The notes: a model not told the origin generated them from the letters alone. A DNA stretch of 64,000 bases from the human T2T-CHM13v2.0 reference genome, Homo sapiens (GCF_009914755.1 NC_060932.1); one strand, 5' to 3'; positions 44,122 through 60,125 are shown, counted from the stretch's first letter. A program made the numbers and translations.

Positions 44122-44857
44122 GCAAGGATGTTATACGTTTACTGGCATTACTGGCAGATATAGCCTACAGTAAGCCTCCAAACCTGGCATTCAGCTCCAG
44201 AGAAAGCGTTCATGTTAAAGCTGACAAAACTGACCACCTCGTGAGCTCTCAGGCCCTGAGCTCTCCTTCGCATCTTGTCTTCTCCTTCCTAGGCTTGTGC
44301 CTTCAAAGCACCAGGTCTGCTTGGTCCTGGGGCCAGGCTAACGCTCTCCCTGGGATAGATACAGGGTCCAGAGAAATATCTGGTGCTTGTTTTCCAACCA
44401 TCGCCACCCCAACCTGGGGGGAAGGCAGAGCTAATATTATACAGGTGAAAGTTGCTTGAGGAGATGAGTGAGGCCTGTCTTACGAAAGTAACTGGCAAGG
44501 AGCTTTACAGACGGCAACATGAAGCCAGATAGGATTTGCACCCGGCGGGTGAGGAAAACATTGCCCTGCCCGTGAATGTACATTTTCACTTGGGTTCTGT
44601 CCTACCCCACCCCTCGCCCCCATGAGTTTACACTTCTCCCACACGGGGCTTGGACAGCCTCAGCAGGTCAAGCGGCTGAGGGTCCTGGAACATCTTGTGC
44701 CCAATGGCCTGACCTCAGCAGGCGTCCAAATGGAAGCCAAGTGCTGACCCTCAAGGGTCTACAAAAGTTCCTTTATCAAACTCTACCCAGGATAGTGAGG
44801 GGATGTTTAGAAGACGGACAGGAATGAGCTTTTCCCTTGGCCAGGCCTTCCCCTTGC

Positions 44858-45162
44858 TTATTACTTATTACTTATTATTATTAATAATATAGGATCTTGC
44901 TCTGTTATCCAGGCTAGAGTACAATGGCTCTGTTATAACTCTCTGCAGCCTCAACCTCCTGGGTTCTATGAATCCTTCTGCCTCGGCCTCCCAAGTAGCA
45001 GGGACTACAGGCGCCACTACACCCGGCTAATTTTTATTTTTTTTGTAGAGACCGGGTCTGCTATGTTGCTCAGGGTGCTCTGGAGCTCCTGGGCTTAAGC
45101 GACCTTCCCTCCTTCGCCTCCCAACGCTCTGGGATTACACGTGTTAACCACCGCGCCAGCCC
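44858..45162 (-). mobile_element. AluJ (CpG-retaining)
   Basis: Diverged reverse Alu with (TTA)n tail. Confidence 0.88.
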
Positions 45163-45303
45163 TGCCCTTAGCTTATAAGGGAAAGGGAGAAGCTGCTCCT
45201 CTTCTCGCCTCTCTTCTGTTACAAAAAGCAACCTGCTGCCTCCTCTGCCTCCCTTCTCCACTCCCCAGTGTAAGAGTGAGCTGCAGATAAGCGTTATGTT
45301 TAC

Positions 45304-45460
45304 CAGGTCGTCTCACACTTAATGTGCACAGGAATCGCCTGGGTGTCCGGTTAAAATGCAGATTCCGGTTGGGTGGGAGCCCTGGCGGGGGAGGAGGGGG
45401 TCCAAACTGCATTTCCAACCAGCGGCGAAGGATGCAAAGGCCGCTTGTCCACACTCCACC
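45304..45460. mobile_element. MER5A-like hAT-Charlie DNA transposon remnant
   Basis: gaatcgcctggg...ttaaaatgcagattc...tgcatttccaac pattern. Confidence 0.55.
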
Positions 45461-46333
45461 CAGGAATCCGTAGGAGGCCCCGCCCCGCCTCCCGGTGGCC
45501 TGGTGCTGGGCCGCCCTCCCCCTCTTCCTTCCTCCCCAGCCTCCTAGCCCCTCCTCCTTCCTCCCCAACCTCCTACCCCCTCCTTCTTCCTCCTTACCCC
45601 TCCTCCCTCCTCCTCCTCCCTCCTTTCTGCCCACCTCCCTCCCCTTCTCCTTCCCCTGTCTTCCCCATCCCCACCGCAGCCTCGCCGCACCCTCGGAGTC
45701 CAGCTTCTTCACATTAAACTCAGACTCCAGAGCGGCTGGGGCGTGGCTCTCGGGGCCAGGCCTCGATGAGGAGGGGCACCGTCCAGAATGACTGCGGATG
45801 CCCCCTTCCCAGCCCCATGTTGGAGTCTGGGGTCCCAGAACGGGCCGGCTCTGGAGGAGACACCTCTAGGCTCCCCGAGTAGGGCAGGCGGCAGAAGTTC
45901 CCTAAGAGGACACCCTCACACCACGATGCCCACCTCCCGACCCCCGCGCTGCCCACTCAGTCCTCTGGCCGCTGGGTTTCTGGCCGCAGATCTCGCTGCC
46001 GCCTCCTCCGGGCGCGGCCACCTGGAGAAAGATCCAGCAAAACCCTGATTCCCGGCGCCTCCTCCCTCCCCTGCCCCTGTCCATCTCCAATGGCGGAGCT
46101 TTCTGCAAAGCCGCGTGGCTCTACCAGCTCTAAAGTATTTCAAAAGTCTTGGAACTTGTTCGTTTGCGGGATGGGGGTCTCAATAGTTAAGGAATTGGAA
46201 GCTGCAGCATTTTGCACCTTAGGGGGAGGGGCGGGATCTCTTACTGCAGGGGCTGTGGAGGCTGCACCCCGCACAGGTTTTGCCCCCGGGGGGCATCCTG
46301 GGGTCGTGCCCACCCACTAAGGAGACTGGAGCG

Positions 46334-46642
<309 letters not shown>

Positions 46643-47113
46643 GGAGAAGCTTCTTAAGCTCCTGTCTCAGCCCTGGTCGTCCCTCCCCAGCCCAGAGCTC
46701 CTCCTCCCCCGACCACATGTGCATCCAGTCTGCCGGCGGAAAGAAACAAAGAGAGCAGGTGTGACCAGCGGCGATGCGAGCGTGGGTGGCGCCCGGGCAG
46801 AGCTGCAGGTGCAGGAACCCAAGGGGGCGGCTCCGGGCAACAGCGGTGATCGCGACAGTGAAACCAGAAAAAGTAGTATCTGGCCATTTTGATTTTTCAA
46901 AGCCTTTTATCTCAGCTCATTAGATTCTCACGGGTTTAGGGAGGCGTGTTTAGGTTACTTTAAAAAATATATATTCGAATGATCCGTATGTTCAGTGTAA
47001 ACCTAAATACGCTCGGATGCGCTCCGCCCTGTCCAGGAGCACAACCCAGCCCCTCCAGAGAGACCCCCAGAGCTGGTAGTCACGAGGCTCAGGGAAGATA
47101 GAAATAGGGGCTG

Positions 47114-47551
<438 letters not shown>

Positions 47552-47629
47552 TTACAGGTCTGCCCTGGGAAGGCAGGAAAGCCACAGACAGGCTTTCATC
47601 ACCTCGGGAAACCTGCTGCCACTGGGTGA

Positions 47630-47919
<290 letters not shown>

Positions 47920-48583
47920 TGAAAGGAAGTATTTTTCTACTCATTTTGCTTAAATTATGCATAAACTTGAGCACAGTGTTGTTTCCTAAGCCGGCTGGAG
48001 AGAGCCGCTGGGCTCTAAAAGCACCTGGGCTTCTACTCCCTGAACAATAAGATGACTGTCTGGCCCCTCTTATACAAAAACAAGCTAAGGGCATGGTGTC
48101 TAAACAACACACACTCACCGGTGCACACACCCCAACACATCAGGTTGCTTGCTTTGGCTGAGGAGGGACCGCTTGTTTCAGGGCTGTGTGCCACCCCAGG
48201 AAAACTGCACCCGTGCTGTAAATGCTGAAAACAACTTCCACTCACTCCTGTCTGCAGGCTTCAGCTGACTTCTCAGAAGTCACACTTGTCTTTTCCAGTT
48301 TTCACTGCTCAGGTGGGAGTAGGAGGACCTGAGGGCAGGTGTCAGTGTTCAGAGGGGAAATCGAGAACAAGCTGTGTCCCAGGTGCTCCTATTAAGTCAC
48401 AGTGGCCCTTTGGGGATTTGGTTCACACTCAGAAGTCACTTCCACAGACACACTCAAGGGGAAGCCACTCTCTGGTTAAGTGTCCCATAACCAGAGTCCT
48501 GGGTTCACACTGGGATCCTGCTGACCATAGGGGCCAATTGACAAACCCATTGGGGAAGGTGCTGCATTTTACTTTCACCCTTG

Positions 48584-48903
<320 letters not shown>

Positions 48904-49555
48904 TTAAACTCTGAATGATTTGCGGCTTCCAGGTGAGATTCTCGCTCACACATATTCTCCTTTGTGTGCATCTAGGATGGGGAGGAGGAGAAAGAAAGAA
49001 AGCTAGCCTCTCTCTGTCTCTGTGTGTGTGTGTGTGTGTGTTAAAAAGATTGAGTTTTCCAGTGAATAAATGATTCAAAACAAACTAACAAATCAGAACA
49101 AGCAGATCATTCCTGCCTCACAGCTAGAGCTGATTAGGTAAAACATAGATAGAGTTTTAAATATAGGGTTTCTGTCTTTGCTGGTGGGGTAGATACACAG
49201 CAAAAGGGAGCATTAATTTTGCTACATCAAAGCATCCCGCTAGTTGCTATTTGTCTTTTTTCTAATGATCATGTCAGGAAACAGCCTATATTCCACATGA
49301 ACATATAAGGATGTGGGATGGTTATAAATTGAAAAGACATTTACCTAAGAGTAAAAGGATTAGTGACCACCATTACACAAATGAAAGTGTCTTTAATAGC
49401 TATAAGAAGCCTGAACCTCATCTGCAGAATCTCATGTTTTTTGTTTTATCATTTTATATTAAGACTACTTGTAATTAACATAAATTATTGTTTATTAAAA
49501 ATCTCCCATTTGAAATCATGTGCAAAAGTAAAGTATTTTTAAAAATTAGTTGTTT

Positions 49556-49750
49556 AAGCTTCCTGAGTAGCTAAGACTACAGACATGTGCCACCATGCCC
49601 AACTAATTGTTTTTTTAAAAAAAATATTTTTTGTAGACAGGGTCTCACTATGTTGCCCAGGCTGGTCTCAAATTTTTGGCTTCAAGCAACCTTCTTACCT
49701 CAGTCTCCCAAAGTGCTGGAGTTACATGCATGAGCCATCATGCCAGGCCC
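49556..49750 (-). mobile_element. Partial AluJ
   Basis: Left monomer plus part of the right monomer. Confidence 0.8.
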
Positions 49751-50272
49751 TAAAAATAAATTTAAGATGTCAACTGGGATGCATTTGATCTCCCAACAAA
49801 ACAATAAACAGTTTTATTTTTCTGTCACAATTTACCTTGTCACATATTAGCTGCCACCATACTTATTCCAATTAGCTAGAGTAATATACATTTCATTTAA
49901 AATGAATGAATGCAGGAAGTAAAGCTCTTAAAATATAGCTATCACCTTTTATAGAATAGAAATATGGGATTACACATCAGGTGCTATTAGAATGTACATG
50001 ATATCTCGTGAATACACAAACCCACTGAGGGAATTATTAAAGAAACACTTCACTAGAAGGGTAAACATGAAGACATACATTGAATATTTATTGCCATGCT
50101 ATCTAGAATTTTTATGAACATGTTTTTAAACTTAAATTGGGACACACATAACAGATAAGAATGAGTATACTGGTGAAATTAGAGCAGAAGAATATTTAAA
50201 ACTGGAATTATTTCAGAATCTGTGAAATGCATGCCTGTTTTTCATAAAAGAAATATCCACATGCCTAGCTAT

Positions 50273-50789
50273 CTGTGGTAGCCTCTAATGATCTCCCCTT
50301 CTTGCTATTTGCCCTTGATATATGCCCTTGTGTAGATCTCTCCCACACTGAATCAGGCAGACTAGTCTCTGTGACCAACAGTACACAGTGTTAGTGATGG
50401 TGTGTGACTTTCAAGCCTTGGTCATAGGAGACATTGCAACTTCTGCCTTGGTTTCTTGGAAGCCTTGCTCTGGGGAGGTCCAGCTACCATATTGTAAGGA
50501 TACTCAAGCAGCTCCTTGGAGAGGCCCACATGGAGAAGAAATTGACAGCCAAGTTGATAAGTCTCTGTGAAAGGCATCCTACATCCCTAATCAAGGCCTT
50601 CAGTTAATAGTACCCTCAGTCAGTCATCTTCTGACTGCAAGTCCATCAGCAGCCAAGAGCCAGAAAATCCCAACGGGGCCACTCCAAAATTACTGACCTG
50701 CAGAAACTAAGAAAGAATGAGTAATTGAGGTGTTCAAAGCCACTTAGCTTTGGAATGATTTGTTATGCAGCAACAAATAACTAATACAT
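50273..50789 (+). mobile_element. MaLR LTR (MLT1E/F-like)
   Basis: ggagaggcccacatggaga; ends ttgttatgcagcaacaaataactaataca. Confidence 0.7.
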
Positions 50790-52689
50790 ACTACATATTA
50801 ACATGTTGAAATATTATGTTATCAAAAGATACTGTTTACAACTTTCCTTCTTCATTCATTTATTCTGTCAGTGAGAAATACCTTAAGAATTTCTTGAATC
50901 ATACCATGTAGTGCCATGTCTAATGCCACTGCCTATTCTTATCTGGACTAAAAGTCTCTTAGTCTCTTACTTTGATTCTTGTTTTTCTAGAGTCTATTCT
51001 CCACACAAGAGTCAGAGTGGTCTTTATAAAGCGTAAAAGATAATATCACCCCTCCCCTGAGTAACCTCTTCAAAAGTTTCTAATTGCACAAGGAATAAAA
51101 TCTAAATTCTTTGGCCTACAAGCCCATGCATAACCAGGCCTTTGCCTGCCTTTCTCAGCCCTATCTTCTACTCTCATTAATAATCTCATTTGTGTTTCAT
51201 TCATACGACTGAGCAATGAGTTTAATGCAAGTTTCTGGGTTCAAAGAAGCCAAGGTTGCTGTACTTACAGTTCCTGCCACCTGGAGCACTCATACCCTAT
51301 ACCCTTACATGCCTGGCTCTGATCAAAGATTATCTACTTGTTACCTGTTTACTTGTTCACGGTCTGTTTACACACACACACACATGCACACGCAAATACA
51401 CACCATTATTAAGTCCCCAAAAGCAGGAATATTTTCTGCTTTATTCCTTGTACCTTGAACAGCATCTGGCATTTAGCGAATGATTAATTTTGTGGAATGA
51501 ATGGATGATCAGCGTCAAAATATACATAAATAGGAGCAAGAACTAAAACAGAACATATAAATGAAAATAACTGGGTTTAAATGGAGGAAATGTGTTTTCT
51601 TTTCAAATTTGTTTTTAATACCATTGTTATATTATTTTTTAAATCCTCATACGCAAATAATTACCTATGTTGAAGTAGAATTAAAAGATTGGTTTAAAAA
51701 ACTATAGTTACTTTCTGGGGCTGCTAAGGGTTTTTTTTTTCTTCTCACGTTGCCTTATCTTTTGACACTCTAGTTCTTATTTAAGACTCTTCACTGGGAA
51801 TTTTCTAGAAGACCTTAAACTAGAAATGGTCCTCACTGCCTAGCTTGTATAACTCACTGCACTTCACTCTGCTGGACATTTTCCTAAGAAATAAATATTC
51901 TGAATTCTCCACCGGGAGCCCCTTGCAAATGAATCACGGCTGAACAAGTTCTGACATCTCACTCTGTCCCCAAAAGAGAAAGAAGAAATTCTCTATGCTG
52001 TTCATGTTTATGGAAACTTCTCACAAGTATTAAAGCTTTGCCATTCCAGAAACATATGCCCACTCAACCCAACATGCTTTGTCGGGTGTTGTGAAGGGAA
52101 ACAAGGACATTTATTTATTTATTCAGTCAATCTTTATTCCTCTCCCCTCCCAAAATGATTTGAAATTGCTTGCAGTAAGAAGACTTGCAAGAAGAAGGAA
52201 GAGGAAAAGGAAGAAGAAGACAAAAAAAAAAAAAAAAAAAAAAGAAGGGCAAACAGTGAAGGGAGGAAAAGAAGGAGAAGAAAAACTTGAGGACTACTAA
52301 AATGTCAACAGAACTAGAAAATAGTATCCAGATAGAAGAATAACATCATGAGAACCAGCATCTTGAATGCTGGTGATCCTTGAAGGTAAATGTCAAACTC
52401 ATCTCTGCTTATAAGACTTGACTCCTGCCTTCTGAAAGCTTCTATTAGCAGAGGAACTAAGATATGGACATAAGTCATCAAAGGGGTGAAAGAAAACCTT
52501 GATCCTAACTGCAGTGGAACACTGTGAGTGTATATGTGGCTCTTGAACGGTACACGACTGCCTTGTAAGGATTCTGACTATTGTGTGAACTCCCCAACCA
52601 CTGTCACAAAACATGCCTGTGGAAACATACTCTGATGCCACAAGTGTACCTTATAAGCTGGACCACAAAGGAGATGCAGTGAGGTGGGT

Positions 52690-53035
52690 GAGTCTGAGTC
52701 TCAGCCCTGCCACCAACCAGCTACATGACCTTCGTCGACTCACTTAACCTTAGTTTCTTATCTGTAAAATGGGGATTATAGGCTGCTCGCAGTGGCTCAC
52801 ACCCGTAATCCCAGCACTTCAGGAGGCCAAGGTAGGCAGATCACCTGAACCCAGGAGTTCAAGACCAACCTGGGCAATGTAGTGAGGCCCTGTCACTATT
52901 TTTAAAAAATACAAATAACTTTTAAAATAATAATAACATAGGGAATTATAATCATAGTGGACTCAGAATGTTGTTGCATGTAAGGAAATGAGTTAATGCA
53001 GAAAATGTACTTAGAACAGCATCATGGGACATAGT
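52690..53035 (+). mobile_element. MIR interrupted by a FLAM/Alu monomer (52781-52910)
   Basis: atctgtaaaatggggattata then ggctg...cacacccgtaatcccagcact; MIR resumes after ~52940. Confidence 0.7.
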
Positions 53036-53504
53036 AACCCCCTCCAACAGCACTGGAATCTCCATATGGGTAAAAAAGTGACGAATTTAATTGCTTACCA
53101 ATTTGAGCAGTTAAATTGCTAGCAATGAAACTTCACACTAAGTTTAGCAATTCCCTTTAGGGGGTGGATTTTTAGTGAGGACATGAGTATCATATGTGTG
53201 TTTTCCATTCAGCCATTTAGCCTGGACTTCTAAAATAAAGCAGTAAGGGTATTTCAGGAGATTTTGAATTATGAATCTAGAATGGATCTGAAATGTCCAC
53301 CACTGAACCCTTGTGTAGATAAGCAAATTGAGGTTGGGCAGGAATGGCCAATGTTCCATAATAGTGCAAAGCTAGGACCCAGGATGGACTCTTGATTCTT
53401 GGTTCTTTGCTCTTTCTACAAGAAGGTATGGACTAGACTGGGACTTATTATTGAACACTCTTGACTTGCCAGTCATCTTGAAGGCATTTTAATCAATGGG
53501 GAAA

Positions 53505-54400
53505 GTCACTCATTAAATAAATATCCACTGTGCTTCTACTATGGCAGGAACTATGCTGGATACTGGGGCTAAATTAATGAGCAACAGAGATCTGATTCTA
53601 ATACTTGTAAAGATCCCACTGTAATGGGGGAGGCAGACATTCATCAACTGATCACACAAATAGATGCTAATGGCAAGAATCAAAAAGCCTACAAAGTCTT
53701 ATGTACATATTTCAAAGAATTTGACCCACTAGAAGAGGTCAAGGGAGGCTTCCTTTAGAAAATGACATTTAAGCCTAAATCTGAAGGGTCAGTAGGAACC
53801 GGCTGGGCAAGGCTGAGGGAAGGAGAGAAAAGATGAGTGCTCCAGAAAAAGGAATCACCAAAAATCCTGTGACAGATGGGAGAACAGAATACCAGGGTGA
53901 CAGGAGTGCTGGAAGTGGAGGGAAAGGGCTGTACAATGGGATGAGGTTAGAGAACTAGGCAGGAGTCAGCACTAGGCAGGCCTTGAAGATCACATTTGAG
54001 ATTTTGGTTTTCATATTAAAAGTGGGAAACTATTAGAGGGTTCTATTCAGGGAGATGCCAAGATCAAAATTTTCTTTTTAAAAGATTAGCCTGCTGTAGG
54101 GTGCTAATTGAAGGAGACCAAGAGTAGGCCCTGGGAGAAGGGTTAGAGTGGTGGCAGTATAAATTGAAAGATGTGGAAGGATTTAAGACATTGAAAGATA
54201 TGGAAGGATCTAAGACATGGAGGTGTTCTCACTATAACTCTGTGATAGGTTAGTCTAGAGGGGCAGAGGAGAGGTAATGGGAGGTAGGATGTCATTTAAG
54301 GAGTCCATTTAATGGAATCAGATGATTATAGAGAGGGGATCATTCATTAGGAGAGGGAATACTGAAAGAGAACTGCAGGTTAAAAGGGGCACTGACCACA
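53505..54400. mobile_element. Degenerate L2
   Basis: cactcattaaataaatat...ctatgctggatactgggg L2 3'-end pattern. Confidence 0.55.
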
Positions 54401-54459
54401 GTACCAAATTTGGGGAAATGTTAAAAAAGACTTTAAGCTCAATTTAGGTTTTTTACTAT

Positions 54460-54465
54460 TTTATT
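54460..54465 (-). terminator. NEFL: NEFL distal poly(A) signal (long 3'UTR isoform)
   Basis: tttatt on the plus strand ~1.83 kb past the stop, just before an L2-derived region. Implies a ~3.6 kb mRNA, consistent with the known long isoform. Confidence 0.7.
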
Positions 54466-55470
54466 ATGGCACACAGGATAGAGGATGGTACAGTTTTCTT
54501 ACTTCAACCAAGTAATTCTCAAAGCATCCAGCTATTTCCATTTGGCTAAAGTTACTTTTTGCACATAGCTTGCATCTGTTTGAGACTTACCATGTACATC
54601 AACCCAGGTCTAGTAAGCAGAAATGTGAAAAGTTTTGTTTCTGAGGAGACGCCTCATCTTTACAGAAGCCAATACACTGAGAGCCTTCATAGTTCCAATC
54701 CATTACCATCATGGCAAGGAAGCACTTTACCTATTTGCATAGCAACATATATTTAACTAGAAATAGGTGGTACAAAGGGATTAAGTAACTTTAAATGGAG
54801 ACCACTTTGGTTTCAGGTTAAATTAATAACTTATAGAGATCGTCTAAAAAACAAATATTGAATGAAATTAGCTGACAAAGCAATTGTTTCAGAACAAAGG
54901 CAGAATAGCAGATAGTAATATCATCTATATTTATTCCACATCAAATGCAAGAGCGTTCTTAACTTTACGACAGAAAGGATACATGGGGCGTGTATTTGAT
55001 GCAATGTCCAACCAGTCAAGCTATCATTGAAATCCAAATATTTCCCAGTAGAGACATGCAGAGCAATGTCAATGTAACATACAAGCATATTACCTCCCCC
55101 CTTAAGTGACTCATAATTTCATTACTTGTGTCTGTAGCTTTTAAAGGTTTAAAAATGTGTAGCATTAAGTGGTATTTACTTGAGGCAACAGAATTACGCT
55201 TAACAACACACTAAATCATGAGCTCAGGATTGCAGGCAACATGTTTGCAGTGGAGTGGCAAATAACCTTTGGTAGTTTTAATCCCTTCTCCTGAAATTAT
55301 ATATAGATAAAAAATTATTCCTTCTTATTGTACCATGTTCTCAGGTTTTAACCTCCTCCCATGATATTTAGACTATATTTTAAAATGCAGTTATAGGGAT
55401 GAATGTATGGGATTCATATTCTATCCATATTGCATTGTGACATATCAGTTTGAAATGACCTATTTATCAT

Positions 55471-55508
55471 GGTTCCATAGTGTAATGGTTAGCACTCTAG
55501 ACTCTGAA
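55471..55508 (+). pseudogene. Tailless retropseudogene of the tRNA-Gln(CTG) 5' half, antisense within the NEFL 3'UTR
   Basis: GGTTCCATAGTGTAATGGTTAGCACTCTAGACTCTGAA is 36/38 identical to tRNA-Gln-CTG nt 1-38 (anticodon CTG at 55504-55506). Flanked by direct repeats 55451-55470 / 55505-55524 (18/20). Confidence 0.9.
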
Positions 55509-55880
55509 ATGACCTGTTTACCATAAAGAGTGTATCTGTCAAGTAATTTCAGAATTGCTCCCTAGAAAGCCATCCCAAAACCTAACACAACACGTGTTAT
55601 GAGGCAAAGTGTATTGTTATTTATAGACTTTCTCATTTACTCATGTTTATTATCAGTAAAATTTTTGTGGGGAGAGATTTCACAAGTAATCATGACATAA
55701 CTGTATCCCTCAGAATTTCCAATTGAAGGAAGAAAAAAAAGTATTGGTAATTGTTAAAATTTCAACTTTTTAAAAAATTGGAGGTCAATAGTCCACTGGT
55801 ATATACTTTATATTGGTGCCATCTTTAAGGTATTTTAATTAAGTAACAACCACAGCAAAAAATACATCATTCGGTATAAC

Positions 55881-55897
55881 TTTATTTACTATTTATT
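55881..55897 (-). terminator. NEFL: NEFL proximal poly(A) signals (tandem AATAAA at 55892-55897 and 55881-55886)
   Basis: Two tttatt on the plus strand ~400 nt past the stop, consistent with the known short NEFL mRNA. Confidence 0.75.
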
Positions 55898-56297
55898 GCA
55901 CATAACTCAGGGTCTTTAATTGCTAACCACCGAAGGTTCAAAGGACTATTTTTCCATGAAGTTTAACATTAACATTAGTGAATTCATTTACTCATGTGGT
56001 GTTTTTTATTGTAAACATCTGAATGATTCACATTGCCGTAGATCCTGAACTCATAAGCGTGGACCATGCACAGGCTGGCAGCAAGCCAGAAAGCCACTCT
56101 GCAAGCAAACAGATACTCTGCATAAAGAGGAAATTCATAGCACAACATTGAATGTCCAACCTAAGTCATCTCAGAATTATACATATATTGACTTTTTAAT
56201 TCACATAGAATCTGGAACTCAACTGGTTGGTTGGTTGGTGATGGGGTTGACCTGATTTCGGGAGAATTATTCCTGAAATAATTAAGGAAATGGGGGT

Positions 56298-56531
<234 letters not shown>

Positions 56532-56907
56532 TCAGAATGCTACCAAAACCTCCCAGCTCCACTCTCTCCAAAAGCACATGTAACAGACAAAGCTTGCCAT
56601 GAATAATTTGCCACTGAACACATATTTAAATCGAATGAGATCACTTCTAGGTATGGGAAGCTCTGCTCCTCTCCAAGACTTAACCTCAATATTTCTTTCA
56701 TTATGTGTCTGGTATCTATTTTTGTTCTTTAGGACACCAACCTGCTGTGTTAAATGATTATATTAAAAAATGAAAATTTTGACCAATCACCTCATTCAGA
56801 GTAGATGCCTTAGGAAAGTTTTGCTAAACAAACAGAAAATTTATTTATGATTCTAATGTCATATATGAATAAATGAGCAAGGCTTCATTTGTCTTATCCA
56901 CCTCCTA

Positions 56908-57507
<600 letters not shown>

Positions 57508-57667
57508 TTATATATCTAAATACCCTCTTCTTGGAAGAAGCCAAAAACTAACACTTCATTATTTCAAAAGGACTATTATTGAAGGTTTCTGATCCAACAT
57601 AACTTTAAATGGGATCTGATTTTCTTCCTAAGGTTTAATGGCTGCTGTCTTTGCCCCTCTATTTTCA

Positions 57668-57844
<177 letters not shown>

Positions 57845-58855
57845 CTATTATTTTACTGTAGTGTAGTTGCAAAGGCCTAGTTTCGATTAAAATCAAGGTG
57901 CACACCTTTGATAAAATCTCTCCTAGAATAACTTCCTGTATCTTTTGAAAAACCTTCATGCCTAAAATACCCAAGTTCATGAAGCCTGAGATGAAAAAAA
58001 AGATGGACGAAAATTCTGTTCTTCTGTTTCTTTACTTAATACTGTTTAATGATCATCATAAAATGCATGCAAACAGACTAAGTTGATAGAAAAACTGTGT
58101 CTCTCATTCACTGATTAACTCTTCTTTAGCTGGGTTACATGCCAGGAAACTAATGCCTTTCTTTATGAGAAGAAAATAGCCAGATGTAAACAAAAAAAAG
58201 AAAAAAATTATTTTCTATGAAATATTTCCTATGTATCTAAATTATTTTTTCTACTCCCCAGAAGAAGAAAAAAATTTCTACTCCCCAGAAGATGGAGATG
58301 TTTTAAAATGGAGATCTTTTTAAAATTGTATTTTTTCTACTCCCCAGAAGATGGAGATGTTTAAACAGAAATGTTGTAGAAGATTTTACACATAAAGAAA
58401 AAAAGAAAAAAAAAAAGGTAAAAGGAAATGGTTTACTATGAACATCACTAGTTAACTACCTAAAACAATGTTGACTATTTTCCTGTCTACCTACTAAATA
58501 AAGGAAGGGAGTGGTTGGTAAAACTAGTCATAAAGCATGCTGGTCACAGTAATCCTTCAGAATTAATTGAGAGTTGTTCACTCTACTATTTATTAACTAG
58601 ATGATCCGATAGTTGCTGCAAAGTAACTTGTGGTTAATGCAGGTCAGTAGAGAGCTGATCTCACTGCAGGCCGGAGGCAACGCCCAATTCCCACGTCTTC
58701 CCCTCCCCCACCCAACAAGGGCTGGGCAGCTTTAATGCGGAACGCCGGTGCAGCAGCACGGAGCACACTCCCAGACTACAGTGGCGCCCGCACTCACGCC
58801 CTTCAAGTGCCCCACCCCTCCCACACAGTGGCCAAGGAGCCAAGCCCTATCCCTA

Positions 58856-60124
<1,269 letters not shown>

Positions 60125-60125
60125 C

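Noticed and set aside
54163-54216. 27-bp tandem duplication
   Set aside because: Ordinary local duplication inside a decayed L2.
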